Source of the DNA: Octopus bimaculoides
Lineage: Eukaryota
Assembly (NCBI RefSeq): GCF_001194135.2
Contig: NC_068998.1
Coordinates: 51,252,209 to 51,316,208 of the forward strand
Direction of reading: 5' to 3'
Length of the DNA stretch: 64,000 nt
Shown here: positions 27,401 to 40,000 of the stretch, piece by piece
Layout of the letters: each line of letters begins with the position of its first letter
How positions within the stretch are numbered: position 1 is the stretch's first letter
Translations under genes and position numbers: made by a program
Notes under the pieces: generated by a model
What the model was told of the DNA's origin: nothing
What the model saw: only the letters and a program-made list of their open reading frames with translations
The model's database searches: none

Positions 27401-28746
27401 GATAGACAGACACACATACACAGACACACATACACATACACGGACATACACACACATATGTATGTATATATAAATTATTAAGTTGGCTATTCGCAATTTA
27501 CAACGGAAAGGCAACAAGTAGAGTCGTCACTAAAGGGAGGGAGAGTGCTTGTCAGCACCAGCATTGCTAGAAATAAGAGTCAAAACAACTCTTAGCCACG
27601 TGAGAGCACTTTTCTAACGACTGACAAGGGAGACAGTCTCCCTCCCTACGGCAAGTGACATGGAGTCATATCAGCGCTGAATTCAGATTTGATTAATCTT
27701 CATCTGTGACCCATTACCCCGTCGCTGAGGGCTGAAGAATTTAAGTCACCTTGTCAGTCTTTTAGAGAACAGCATAGGAAACATTGAATGATTTCGAAAA
27801 TGGTGAAATGAGAATTATAAATCATTAAGGTGGATATATATGTGTGTGTGTGTGTGTGTGTTTAAGCATAATGCACACTCACTCACACACAGGCAAAAAC
27901 ACACACCCAAATATGCAAACATACATGCATTCAGCATCAGCGATATATTTATTAGGAGAAAGACTGAAAGTGTGTAGTTAATATATAGAGAGAGGATGAA
28001 AGTTTCCAATTATGTAGACTGATAGACAGAAGAATCTTTGCTGTTCCTGAAAATTTTCAGATTTTTAATATCGATGTATCGATGTAATTTTTGACGCTGA
28101 ATCCAATTCTGTGATTCATTTATTCCATAAAACTTTCAGATAAATGTTACTGTTTGATAATTTTTGGCCAATTAGAGAACAAGATTTTGAATGCTAGCAT
28201 TTCCTGCGTGATAGCTGTCTGTCACAAAATGAAAACAGAAACATCACGTCTACGAAGTTTTAAAGAAAATGAAAACAAAACATTGCGACGACAAAAGTTG
28301 TAAGAAATTTTAAGAAATTTTGATAAGTTTTAATGAACGAAGTCAAGTGAAACGGTCGAACAAGTATGTAAATGATTAACATTGAGACAGACAGGCGCTC
28401 TTGATGTTGCATTATATATTATCTCAAGAGAAATAGGAAAAAGCTGCTTGCGTGAGTATACAGAGATAGATTGATAAAGAGTGTGGTAAATATAGTGAGA
28501 GAAGAATAGGCATAAAAGAGAGGGAGTGAGATAGATACAGATAGAGAGAGCGAGAGAGAGGGATAGAGAGAGATGGTGATCTAAATGTGGAGCTGTTTCT
28601 CGATGCAAATTTTATTTTTCTCCTTCCGTCGCAGATTTCGAAAATCCGTTTTTCTCGAGGACGCACCCTTCCGGAGCCTTTCTGTGATATTCACGTATGC
28701 ATACACACATACACTCTCATGTATATAGTATATAACTACATACATA

Positions 28747-28807
<61 letters not shown>

Positions 28808-29245
28808 AAAGGCATTTGGCCTAGATTCCACGCTGATGGACTGAACCCAGAAGCATATGGCGGAAAGCGAACTTCTTGCCACACAAACACTCCGTCGCCT
28901 AACGGAGAAACAACATGACGTGGGTAACCTATTCATATCGCACTTTGGCTTCACAAAATATTTGCATCAGGTTAGGTTTTAGCGTTTCCTGCTTTTAATA
29001 AGTTAACACTAAATGGACTATTATGATGGTTAGTGAGGAAGAAGTCCTACAGTAGTGTGTCATATAGACCACAAGATTAGAAATAGTAGCAGGACACATG
29101 GAATTATCTGCTGGTTTAAATATTGAGGGAGTACCGTAATATTATTTGATATTCACTCCTAACGGAAAGAACAATGACAAATTAACCAAACATTCTTTCA
29201 TTCATAACGTTTTGCACTATATACATACCACATTCCCATGCATAC

Positions 29246-29278
<33 letters not shown>

Positions 29279-29689
29279 AATGTCTCTGTGTGTCTACATA
29301 TTTGTATGTGAGTATATGCGTGCTTGTATGTAAGTATATATCTGTTGTGTGTGTGAATGCATTTTTGTACGCATATGTAAGCATATACATCTGTCTCTGT
29401 CTCTCTTTCTCTCTCTTTCTCTCTCTCTCTCTCTTATTCTCTGTTTTGTTTCTCATCATCTCTTTGTGTCTATTTTTCAGTCTGATATTTTCATCTCAAT
29501 TTCTATAGGCCTAATTAAGCTATATTTACAAGTATCTTTTATTATATGAACGGAGCTCTTCAGACTGAAATTGACCTTCTTTAAAATTAATATTTATGAA
29601 GTAATAAAGCGATATATCTACATTCTTTGTCGAGAGGAAGACTGAGTCTCTTATTGACCAAATGACATGAGGTTGCTGAGGCATTTTGC

Positions 29690-30110
29690 ATAGGCGCAGG
29701 TATGGCTGTTTGGTTTAAAAAAACTGCTTTGCGGCTACGGAATTTCGGGGTTTTTTTCCCAATTTGTGGCAGCTTTGGCAAGTGGCCTCTACTGTAACTC
29801 CGGGTTAACTGAGGCATGGCGTGCTGATTTGGTAGACGGAAACTGTGTAGAAGTCCGTCGTACATACAGCATAGATACATATGTATATGTGGTAAGAATT
29901 TTGCTTCCTAACCACATGGTACTGTGTTCAGTCCCACTGTATGCACCTTCGGCAAGTGTCTTCTATATATTATCGGGGCGATCAAAGCCTTGTTAGTGGA
30001 TTTGGTCGGGACAAACTGAAAGAATCCCGTCATACGTATTTGTGTATCTATGTGTGTGTGTGTGTATATTTGTTTCTGTGTTCGTCCTCCCCCACCGCTT
30101 GGTACTGGGA
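29690..30110 (+). mobile_element. Two tandem SINE family B 5' halves (29690-29875 degenerate; 29888-30110)
   Basis: Both contain the head followed by TTTGGT(A/C)G(A/G)..GAAACTG...CCGTC; the second has GTGGTAAGAATTTTGCTTCCTAACCACATGG...GTTCAGTCCCACTG. Confidence 0.7.
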
Positions 30111-30379
30111 TTGATCCACGCGACTAAGATTGCAAGGTGGTAAACCAACATGACCTCCAAAATTGATGGCCTTGTGCCAAAATCTGAAGCCAATATTTAA
30201 GACGGCTTAGCGGCATTTCTTCCGGCTCTTTACGTTTCGAGTTCAACTCATCTTTGTCTTCCATCCCTTTTTTGAGGGGCGGGGGCGATAAAACAACCAC
30301 CAGTCAAACACTGACGTTGGTGTTATTGACTATCCTTCTTTCTCAACATTTCAAGCATTGTACATGTAGAAGAAAGAAC

Positions 30380-30416
<37 letters not shown>

Positions 30417-30422
30417 TACATA

Positions 30423-30645
30423 TAAGGCGGCGAGCTGGCAGAATCGTTAGCACGCCGGGCGAAATGCTTAGCGGTATTTCGTCTGCCGCTACGTTCTGAG
30501 TTCAAATACCTCTGAGGTCGACTTTGCCTTTCATCCTTTCGGAGGTCGATAAATCAAGTACCAGTGAAACGCTGCGATCGATGTAATCGACTCTTCACCT
30601 CCCTGCAAAATGACTACCCTTGTAGCAAAATTTTAAACCATTATT
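30423..30645 (+). mobile_element. SINE family A, full length
   Basis: TAAGGCGGCGAGCTGGCAGAATCGTTAGCACGCCGGGCGAAATGCTTAGCGGTATTTCG, B-box-like GAGTTCAAATACC (30498-30510), core GTCGACTTTGCCTTTCATCCTTTCGGAGGTCGATAAATCAAGTACCAG. Confidence 0.9.
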
Positions 30646-32615
30646 ATGATCAATACTGCCCTAGCTATGACGGCTGAGCATATATTTCAAAGAATGGATG
30701 AAAACTAGTTGTAGGAATTAGTTCCATTCTTATATATTGTTAGCTCCAACCTCATAGGAGATCAAATCCTACTTTTCCTCACCTTAGGGGTCATTCGATT
30801 AATTAAGTGCAAATTGTGTAACAGAGCTAATTGAATTAACTGACCATAGCGCTGTCAACACATCCATCACCACCATCACCATCACCGCTGCATGAACATG
30901 CCTGAGGCCTTGTTACTATTATGATAAAATTATTTTCAGCAATCGACAAAATGTGTTGGTAGAAAGGAAAAAAAAAAAAAGAAAGGGCTCAAACAGATCA
31001 ATGAAAAATGATTGAACCAATATATTTTAAAGAACGTCATATCGACAGGAAATTGAAGCTGAGATGAAATGAAAGGGTTAATGCAAAACCGTTAGTTATC
31101 TCCAGCTGCTTTAAATAACGAGACATTTCAACTGTTGAACTTTTCGTGTAACTGACCCAGGTAATAAAGTTTGCAGTAGGGGAATGAATATTATTCTTTC
31201 TTCCTCTCTTTCTTTATGCCTCTCTCTATTTCTCTTTCTTTTTCTGTCCTCCTCTTTGTATGCGATTTCTGTTGCAAAGGAAATGTTTTACTTTGTTGCA
31301 TTGGTAAGAGAGCAAACAGTCAGACAGTGAGGAATGTATTTGAGTCTCTCGACTTTTTTTTTTATATCATTTTATTCATTATTTTTTTAACTCTTGCATT
31401 CTTTTTTTTTTGTTTTGTTTTCTGCAATTAAAATTTTACTAAAGCTTCACATTTAAACGATGTACACTTTGGAATGAATTCAAAGTGTTGGAGCCGAAAT
31501 CAAAACAATGAAATGATACATGCGAAATATGGGAGAAGAACAAGACGAAGGGAAAATATAAGGCATAAAATTAACAAATAAGAAGAGATAACAAATCTGG
31601 GAACAAACGTGCAGAATACATATGGTAGCAAAAAGGCAACAAATACGGAGAGAGAACATGAAACATGGTAAACAGAGGATAATACGTGATAATAGAGAGA
31701 AATCAAGAAATGCAACGAAATAACATCAACACAAAACAAGAAGAACTTTGAGAAAGGAATAAAGCACGATGCAAAAACAAAAAAAAAACATGTATGAAGA
31801 CCAGGTGTTTATATTGAGAAAAGTTTAAATCAGAAGACAACACTGAAAGATGATTTGGTGCTCCAAATATATACGGGGTACATGGTTTGCAATTAACGCA
31901 ATCCGTTTTCTCGCACATGAACAAAGGCAATCTTCAAAAATAATGAATCAATGTTATGGATATAAATATGACAATTATTACAATAGTAGAAAGCTTCCTT
32001 GCTTGCCTCGCTACGTTACGTGGTGAGCTGTTCAACTTAAATTTCCGATCTTACCGCTCTGTTTGTTTGCTCCAAATCACCTGAAGCGAGCAGACTTTTG
32101 TCATGGTGTACTTTAAGAATTAATCAATAAAATGCAGCTGAAACAGGTGTTGTGAATGTTAAAACACATTTGCCTTCTTCTTCTTCTTCTTCTATACAAA
32201 TGGGACAGAATTTATTGTTTAACGAAACGGGAAGGTAGTATTTTTGTATGTATCTATACATAAATGAACGTAGAAACACAAAAGTAAGTCTGCACTTTAC
32301 AAATATTATCGTAGAATAGTTTTATTGTGAAAATATATTTGTCTATGCATTTGCAAGTTAAATTTGACATACATAACACAAATACAAAACAGAGAGAAGA
32401 TCACAAATTCGAGGTTTTCGCATAAAAGTTTTAGTGAATAAATAACTTTCTATGTATGTATGTATGTATATAAACAGGTTTGAGTGTGTACATCAAAATA
32501 TGTCAAAAAATAATGAATGCCTGAAATTTCCAAACATCCGGTTACTGATGTCAGTTATTACAATAATATAAAACTTGAATAGGTTTTCAACAAAAAGAAA
32601 GAAAAAAGGGCTGTA

Positions 32616-32676
<61 letters not shown>

Positions 32677-32689
32677 ATTCCTTTATTCT

Positions 32690-32911
32690 TTTATTATTTT
32701 ATTTGTTTCAGTCATTTGACTGCGGCCATGCTAGAGTAGCGCCTTTAGTCGGACAAATAGCCCCCAAGACTTATTCTTTGTAAGCCTAGTACTTATCCAA
32801 TCGTTTTCTTTTACAGAACCGCTAAGTTACTGGGAGTAAACACTCCAACATCGGTTGTCAAATGATGGTGGGGTGACGAACACAGACACACAAACACATA
32901 TATATATATAC

Positions 32912-32942
<31 letters not shown>

Positions 32943-33090
32943 ACGGGTTTCTTTCAGTTTCCGTCTACCAAATCTACTCACAATTCTTTGGTCGGCCCGA
33001 GGCTATATTAGAAGATACTTGCCCAAGATGCCGCGGAGTGGGACTGAACCCAAGACCATGTGGTTGGTAAACAAGCTAATTACCGCACAG
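32690..33090 (-). mobile_element. SINE family B, full length with internal (TA)/(TG) tract
   Basis: Both halves are present, separated by a microsatellite; matches 183-580. Confidence 0.9.
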
Positions 33091-33110
33091 CAACTCCTTT
33101 CCCCCATACA

Positions 33111-33967
33111 TATAAAAATTATATAAAATAAGGGTGTCTTTTTTTGAAAAAAACAAAACACCAGTTTGCTGAACATAGGATTTAAAACTCTCCGAAGCCA
33201 CAAAAATTTACATTATGTTTACACTGGCACGGTTGGAAAGAATAATTAAATTAAATGAATTAAGGAACTGCCTCTTATCTCTGCAAAAGTGCATGAAGGA
33301 AACTTGATATCATGATTTCGAATTAAGCGCCAAAGGACACGCTCGATTATCTTCAGTTAAGTCCACCGTAAAATAAACACTTAATTATCACTTCAGCCAG
33401 AGCCCGAATTCGTTTCATTGGCCTAGCAGTACTGAGGAAAAAACGAAATTAAGTGAACCCAAATTTATAAACACAAATAAAATCTTTAATACTCATGAGA
33501 GAGATTAATATTTGTGGATTCAAGCAAGAGCCGTATTGGCAAAATAAATAGATAGATATATATACAAAATTATATATAATAAGGGTGCTGAGCATAGGAG
33601 TTAGAACTCCCCGAAGCAGCAGAAATTAACACTGTATTTACACAGACATGGTTGGAAAAACATTTAAGTGAATTAAGAATCGCTAAATTCGTAATCATGA
33701 TATCATGTTAACTAATATTCCTTCTTGCAATATTGCAGAGGTAAAAAGCAATCTCTTAATTCACTTAAATTTTTTTCCTACTATGCCTGTATAAATATAA
33801 TGTTAATTATTGTGGCTTCGGAGGATTTTAACTCCTATGTTCAGCAAAGCTGGTGTCTTTAAAACAAAATGCAATTTTATTATATATAATTTTTATAAAT
33901 ATCTCTATGATTATTTTGCCTAAAAGGCTGTAGCTTGCGGCCACAAACATTAATATCTTTCATGAGT
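33111..33967. repeat. Fold-back / long-TIR element: arms 33491-33678 and 33754-33967, plus a third partial copy at 33111-33329
   Basis: The unit GCTGA(A/G)CATAGGAGTTA.AACTC.CCGAAGC...GGTTGGAAA...AAGTGAATTAAG occurs twice on + and once inverted; GGCAAAATAA (33538) and TTATTTTGCC (33920) pair ungapped with ACTCATG (33491) and CATGAGT (33967). Confidence 0.8.
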
Positions 33968-34019
33968 GCTAATGTTCTTTAGATATTTTTTATTATTATA
34001 TGTATGTATGTATACTTAT

Positions 34020-34170
34020 ATATTAACGGTTTGGCAAAAAAAAGTCCGATAGAGTTAGTACTAAGTTTTAAAAAATAAGTCCTGGGATCGATTTGTTCGA
34101 CTAAATAATTCTTCAAGGTGGGGCTCCAGCATGGCCGCAGTGAAGATGACTGAAACAAGTAAAAGATAAA
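34020..34170 (+). mobile_element. SINE family B, 3' half
   Basis: CGGTTTGGCAAAA...CCGATAG...AATAAGTCCTGGGATCGATTTGTTCGACTAAA...CTCCAGCATGGCCGCAGT...GACTGAAACAAGTAAAAGATAA. Confidence 0.85.
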
Positions 34171-34374
34171 TGATAAAATATACACATATGCATATATATG
34201 TATGCATGCAAGTTTATATACATATACACACACACATATATATATATACATATAGTAAATCAAAACAAAACAAAAACAAGAACAAGAAAATAAGCAACAA
34301 CGTGAGGACGTGGTACATGCAAAGTATTAGCAGACGCCCAGGGAAAGAAAGAAAGGTAGTTTAATGTTTATAGA

Positions 34375-34800
34375 TAGATAGATAGATAGATAGTGAGATA
34401 TATTGATAGATAGCAGCTGCCTTCTTGTGAACGAGTAAAGCGAATGTCAGAAAGAATCATTGAAATGAGTCATTGATGATGCAATGTGAAATCCCTGTAT
34501 GACTCTGGAGCCTGGCCAAAGATTTGCACATTCTATTGCATAATGCACAGCTGTGCTGACTGACAGAAGGAACTGGTGCCACAGTAAGAACCCTTTTGTC
34601 ATGCCTTTTCAATTCTCCAACTGAACAACTCACCATTCCACAGGCTGCACATGCTCTGCTGTAAATAATAACCGTATCACAATTTACAAGGGGTTGATTC
34701 CACTGAGTTCTCTGGAGTCTGACCAGGTCTGCATGACTCAAGCGTTTCATCCTACAAATCACACACATATTCCTTATGTATGGATTTCTCACTGACAATT
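34375..34800 (-). mobile_element. RTE-like LINE 3' end (C-terminal zinc-knuckle region, 3' UTR and tandem-repeat tail)
   Basis: ORF 34457-34798 has two C2H2-like motifs, CAACGMVSCSVGELKRH and CALCNRMCKSLARLQSH, resembling the C.xCGR.C.S..GL.SH ends of RTE ORFs; followed on this strand by a (CTAT)n tail. Confidence 0.55.
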
Positions 34801-34984
34801 TACTCTCGGACCGCTGAGTAGTGAGAGCCGTAACCTCACATAAGGCATTTCACGGCACAGAAAATATTTATACTCCATCGTATTGACTCCTTTTGATAAA
34901 CATAGCTTCATCCAATGAATTGATATATCTAGTATCTATGCATACACATACACCTTCATTCGCATATATATATATATATATATG

Positions 34985-35413
34985 GGAGAATGTACGAAAA
35001 AACAACAGACGAGGACAGGTGGTGTAAACAACAAAAGGATGTATTAGTATGACGCTCGGGAATACGGAAAGTCTTTAACGTTTCAAGCTACGCTGTTCAA
35101 CAGAAAGAATACGGAGACAATTGAATAGTGTTCGGTCAATGGTCAATCATAGCTATGGCTGACCGGAAGTAGGAAATTTTACACAGGAGAGCTAAGAAAA
35201 GGGGGAGATAACAAAAGGGGGAGAAAGAACGGTGATCGAAGAACGAGGGGCTGTGTGTGTGAGAGATAGGATGCTGGTGATCTTGACGTATGCATGTGTG
35301 AAAATGGGGAGGGGAGAAAGGAGTTGGTCAGTTGTAGTGTGTGCGTGGCGTGATGTGAGGGTGTTGGGAGATGGGGAAGGCATGGGTGGAGTGTGGGTTA
35401 GGCTGAGGATGGG
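34985..35413 (-). mobile_element. Penelope-like terminal repeat with hammerhead-like motif (35072-35108)
   Basis: Minus strand TCTTT-CTGTTGA-A-CAGC-GTA-GCTT-GAAA-CGT-T-AAAGA; downstream TTCCCGAGCGTCATACTAATACATCC...TTTACACCACCTGTCCTCGTC is shared with the other copies; runs into an N-gap. Confidence 0.6.
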
Positions 35414-36048
35414 NNNNNNNNNNNNNNNNNNNNNNNNNNNNNNNNNNNNNNNNNNNNNNNNNNNNNNNNNNNNNNNNNNNNNNNNNNNNNNNNNNNNNNN
35501 NNNNNNNNNNNNNNNNNNNNNNNNNNNNNNNNNNNNNNNNNNNNNNNNNNNNNNNNNNNNNNNNNNNNNNNNNNNNNNNNNNNNNNNNNNNNNNNNNNNN
35601 NNNNNNNNNNNNNNNNNNNNNNNNNNNNNNNNNNNNNNNNNNNNNNNNNNNNNNNNNNNNNNNNNNNNNNNNNNNNNNNNNNNNNNNNNNNNNNNNNNNN
35701 NNNNNNNNNNNNNNNNNNNNNNNNNNNNNNNNNNNNNNNNNNNNNNNNNNNNNNNNNNNNNNNNNNNNNNNNNNNNNNNNNNNNNNNNNNNNNNNNNNNN
35801 NNNNNNNNNNNNNNNNNNNNNNNNNNNNNNNNNNNNNNNNNNNNNNNNNNNNNNNNNNNNNNNNNNNNNNNNNNNNNNNNNNNNNNNNNNNNNNNNNNNN
35901 NNNNNNNNNNNNNNNNNNNNNNNNNNNNNNNNNNNNNNNNNNNNNNNNNNNNNNNNNNNNNNNNNNNNNNNNNNNNNNNTGTTTATTATGTGTGTGTGTG
36001 TGTGTGTGTTTATTATGTGTGTGTGTGTGTGTGTGTTTATTATGTATA

Positions 36049-36091
<43 letters not shown>

Positions 36092-36345
36092 CTGTGTGTG
36101 TCTGCGACAAAATTATTCTATGAACATGCAGGAAGACCTGTAAGGCTGTACAAGGTTGTGTAATATTGTCCATCTATGTGCAACCATGTCTTAAATTTAC
36201 AGCATATATATATATGGGTGTGTGTATATGTATATATATATATGTATACATACACACACATATATATATATATATATATACACAACGCATATATGAATAC
36301 ATATCGATACTTATCTACCTGTATATGTACCCTCATATATAGATA

Positions 36346-36385
<40 letters not shown>

Positions 36386-36494
36386 CACATATATTGATTT
36401 ACATATATGTGCATATACTGATACTCATATATATATATATATATATACATATATACAATTATATCTGTATCACATATATGAAAATTCATACACG

Positions 36495-36531
<37 letters not shown>

Positions 36532-36766
36532 NNNNNNNNNNNNNNNNNNNNNNNNNNNNNNNNNNNNNNNNNNNNNNNNNNNNNNNNNNNNNNNNNNNNN
36601 NNNNNNNNNNNNNNNNNNNNNNNNNNNNNNNNNNNNNNNNNNNNNNNNNNNNNNNNNNNNNNNNNNNNNNNNNNNNNNNNNNNNNNNNNNNNNNNNNNNN
36701 NNNNNNNNNNNNNNNNNNNNNNNNNNNNNNNNNNNNNNNNNNNNNNNNNNNNNNNNNNNNNNNNNN

Positions 36767-36813
<47 letters not shown>

Positions 36814-37384
36814 GCGCACGCGCACGCACACACACACATATCAAATCAGCCAGAGGCTCTCTTTTCCACAATCCTCTCTTGCAACGAATTACGTCTTCAT
36901 TTTTATTATTATCATTATTATCTTCTTTATTTATTACCCTCTTCTAAAGAAAGAAAGAAAGAAAGAAAAGAAAAAAATCATCCATTTATATAAATATATA
37001 TGTAATGGCCTTCAGCTAGTCGAACACAAGCGTAGGTTGAGAATTCAAAGCGACACAGTTGAATAAGAGAATTATAACCAATTATTGCTACTCCTAGTCG
37101 TGTTTACGCATTTTTCTTCTCCGTTTTCCTTCTCTATTTATTATTTTATTAGGTCTTCCTTCTCTCTTGTCGTATACACCTTTTTTATGGCGAACCAGAA
37201 TGCTTTATCTGATTCAGGTGTAAAATAGCGGTGCTATAGTTATTGCTGGTATTGTTGTTGCTGCTGTGCTGTTGTTTATCTTCGGATCAAATTTGCTCTG
37301 ATTCAGCATATATGTGATCAAGGCTGTTCCATTGATGACCATTCCTCGTTATACTCATATATACTACATGTATTTAAGATTTAC

Positions 37385-37592
37385 TTCGTCGAATCCTTCG
37401 TCCTCTCTTTTTCTTTATATCTTTCGATGAGAAGTGTGAGACTTTGGAGAGGTCTCACTGCTATTTTTAGCTCAGGTCTTTCTTTGGTCCAAGATGAAGC
37501 GGTCTTATGATCGAATACTTTCCAGCTGTGAACATCCTGTCTTATTCCGGTATGCACAGGACCCACTACCACATTATTCAAAATTTCAGTTT
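37385..37592 (-). CDS. Candidate internal exon, 208 nt, unknown protein
   Basis: CCCCTTGTTTTAG acceptor; single open frame (x)TEILNNVVVGPVHTGIRQDVHSWKVFDHKTASSWTKERPELKIAVRPLQSLTLLIERYKEKERTKDST; GAA|GTAAAT donor; no recognised homology. Confidence 0.25.
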
Positions 37593-37674
37593 CTAAAACA
37601 AGGGGATTTGGTAGCTATTTCTAGCATTCCAGTTGAGCTTGAGGAAGCTCTGTCAGTGATTTGAATAAATGTTT

Positions 37675-37950
37675 CTATTGTTGGTGGTGGTGGTGGTGGT
37701 GGTGGTGGAGAGGGGGTAGAGTTGCTGCCGCTGTTTCTGGTGCTAGAGATCTTTGTGATAGTGTTGGTGGTGGTGGTGCTGTTGCTGGTGTTTATGGCCC
37801 CTGCTGCTGCTGCTGGAATTGAACGTGAAATCGGTGGCGGCGGTAGTGATGGTGGTCGTGCTGCTGCTGTTGCTCTGGTGCTACTGCTGTTGCTGCTGCT
37901 GGTGGTGTTAGTTTTAGTGGTGTTTGTGCTAGCTCTGGTGGTAGCAAACC
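37675..37950. repeat. Cryptic GGT/GCT/GTT trinucleotide low-complexity tract
   Basis: Direct inspection; underlies ORFs 37586-38008 and 37722-37994. Confidence 0.8.
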
Positions 37951-38423
37951 AATTTATCCCTGATTTCGAACTGTTTCTACTTACTGAATACTGATGCAGA
38001 CCATCCACAATAGTGTGGAATATTACTTTATTTCATTATCTCCAAATATATTATACAACAAACATTATCCTGTTATTATTTTGAAGACGATAAAACGTGA
38101 CTTGAGTGAGATTTCGCTGACTTTTGATGCACTTCGTACGACAGTACAGATCTTCGTTCGTTGATACGATTTAAGTCGTACCAACGAAGCAACATCGTGT
38201 GAAAACTATACTTAGTTTGAAACCTAATAATTAGTGAATTGCAGGTAAGTAATTACGAATTTAATCCACGAATGTAAAAAGGGTTCGATTTGTGGAGGTG
38301 GTACTTTAACGATGTTGTGTTTTAACGAAGGCAGACAGAACGGTTCTCTTAGTTATATATAAATGCATATTTTTTTTTTTTTACTTGTTTCAGTTATTAG
38401 ACTGAGACCATGCTGAGATTATA

Positions 38424-38646
38424 TACAGGTTTGGCCAAAAGTCATTCCATAAATACTTAATATTCAATTTTATTTATTCATTCCAATTATGAATGTTTCT
38501 TAATTGAATGCTGCGACTTAAAATCACCGTTTTTCTTTCAATATTTGTCTATTTATTAGCGAAGTCTCATATAAAATATTTTGTTTTTGATCTTGGAATT
38601 AAACTGGTTTGGATTTGCTGACAGGTGACTTTTGGCCAACTTTGTA
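38424..38646. mobile_element. Tc1/mariner-type MITE, about 220 bp
   Basis: TA|CAGGTTTGGCCAAAAGTCA (38426-38444) ... TGACTTTTGGCCAACTTTG|TA (38626-38644); TIR 16/19 with the inner 14 bp perfect; TA on both sides. Confidence 0.85.
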
Positions 38647-38696
38647 TATATTATTATATATGCATGCAAACACACACACACACACACACACATACA

Positions 38697-38733
<37 letters not shown>

Positions 38734-39699
38734 CCATATGCATATATATATATGTCTGCTCAGTAGACTATATTTCACTAAAAGACTAGATGATATCCAT
38801 TGGTTTCTTCAGGAATCTTTAAAGAAAAGTTTCGTTGCAATCTACTTCCTCCTTATTTTCCAAAACCTGAATATTTCGGAAAAGCCATTTCCTATGTTAT
38901 ATTTAGGTTTTGAACACCTCAAGAGATTTTATCTACTAATTGCATAGCTAATTTCAGTTAATCGCAGTTTTTCAACTCAGTATATTACATATGTGAGACA
39001 ACACCTGAGGTGAAAGACAAGCGAGAGAAATACAGTGAAATGAATAAATGGTTTGCTAGGAAGTAGAGAAGAAAAAAGGTGCAAAGGATATTGGAGAGGA
39101 AGAGGTGAAATGAGAGGTGAATGGAAAGGGTCTGTTGTTAGAGGTGGCTCAAGAGAAATTTATGTGTGGTAGCAGGAAAGGAAACGAGAAATCTTGAGCT
39201 TGGAGGAGGAAGTAAGAGTGAGCCAAATTGTTGAGGGGTGTGAGAAACGAGAAGTAGTTATGTAGAAGAATAGCGAAGCAACGAGGTAGGAGTTGATATA
39301 GAAGGCAGTAATGCTTGATTGGACGTAGATAGAGAAAATATGGAAAGAGGATAGGAACAAGAGTGAAAGAGGAAAGAAGAACATGGGAAGGAAAGAAAAA
39401 CATAAAAATGAATTAATATAAAATGATTGTATTACATGAGTGGTGAATGTAATATTTATTGTAAAGAAGAAACTTTATTAACATCTGCGCAATATTTACG
39501 TGTCTTCAACTAACTTCCTATCTCTCAAAAAATCCACATTCTCTGGCCAAATTAGTCAAACCAATTTCCGGTCTCCTCTATGAGAAAAGGAACAGATACC
39601 TTATGTATCAACACGGACATTTGCGAGCCAATTAGCACGTCGGAACCATCTATTGTGATATGCTAGAAATAGTGACCAATCTGCCTCAGACTACACCAG

Positions 39700-40000
39700 C
39701 CTAATTACAAAAGGAACACTTTTGATGAAACTCCGCGTGTAGCATTTGAAAGAGATAGAAAGAGGTGGAAATCCGTTGGTGCCAAATCAGGAGAGTACGT
39801 GCTGAACACCAGGCTGTATAGAATGTTGTATTCGGAACGACAAGATGACTATACTAGAGCTATTGTCAGTGAGATACAACATGAAAATGACGATGTCCCT
39901 GAGGTGATGCGGCACAGATTCTTGGTGCCGCATGGAAGAGTACATCTTGGTTTGGGCAACTGGAAAAATCCTTCATATCTCCACAAGAAAACATGACTCA
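39700..40000 (-). mobile_element. Mariner transposase remnant (catalytic-domain YSPDLAP motif)
   Basis: Minus strand 39797-39726 translates YSPDLAPTDFHLFLSLSNATRGVS, the diagnostic mariner DD34D motif; flanks are degenerate. Confidence 0.85.

Noticed and set aside
39799-39996. Plus-strand ORF MLNTRLYRML... as a gene
   Set aside because: It overlaps the antisense of the mariner YSPDLAP remnant; no independent support.
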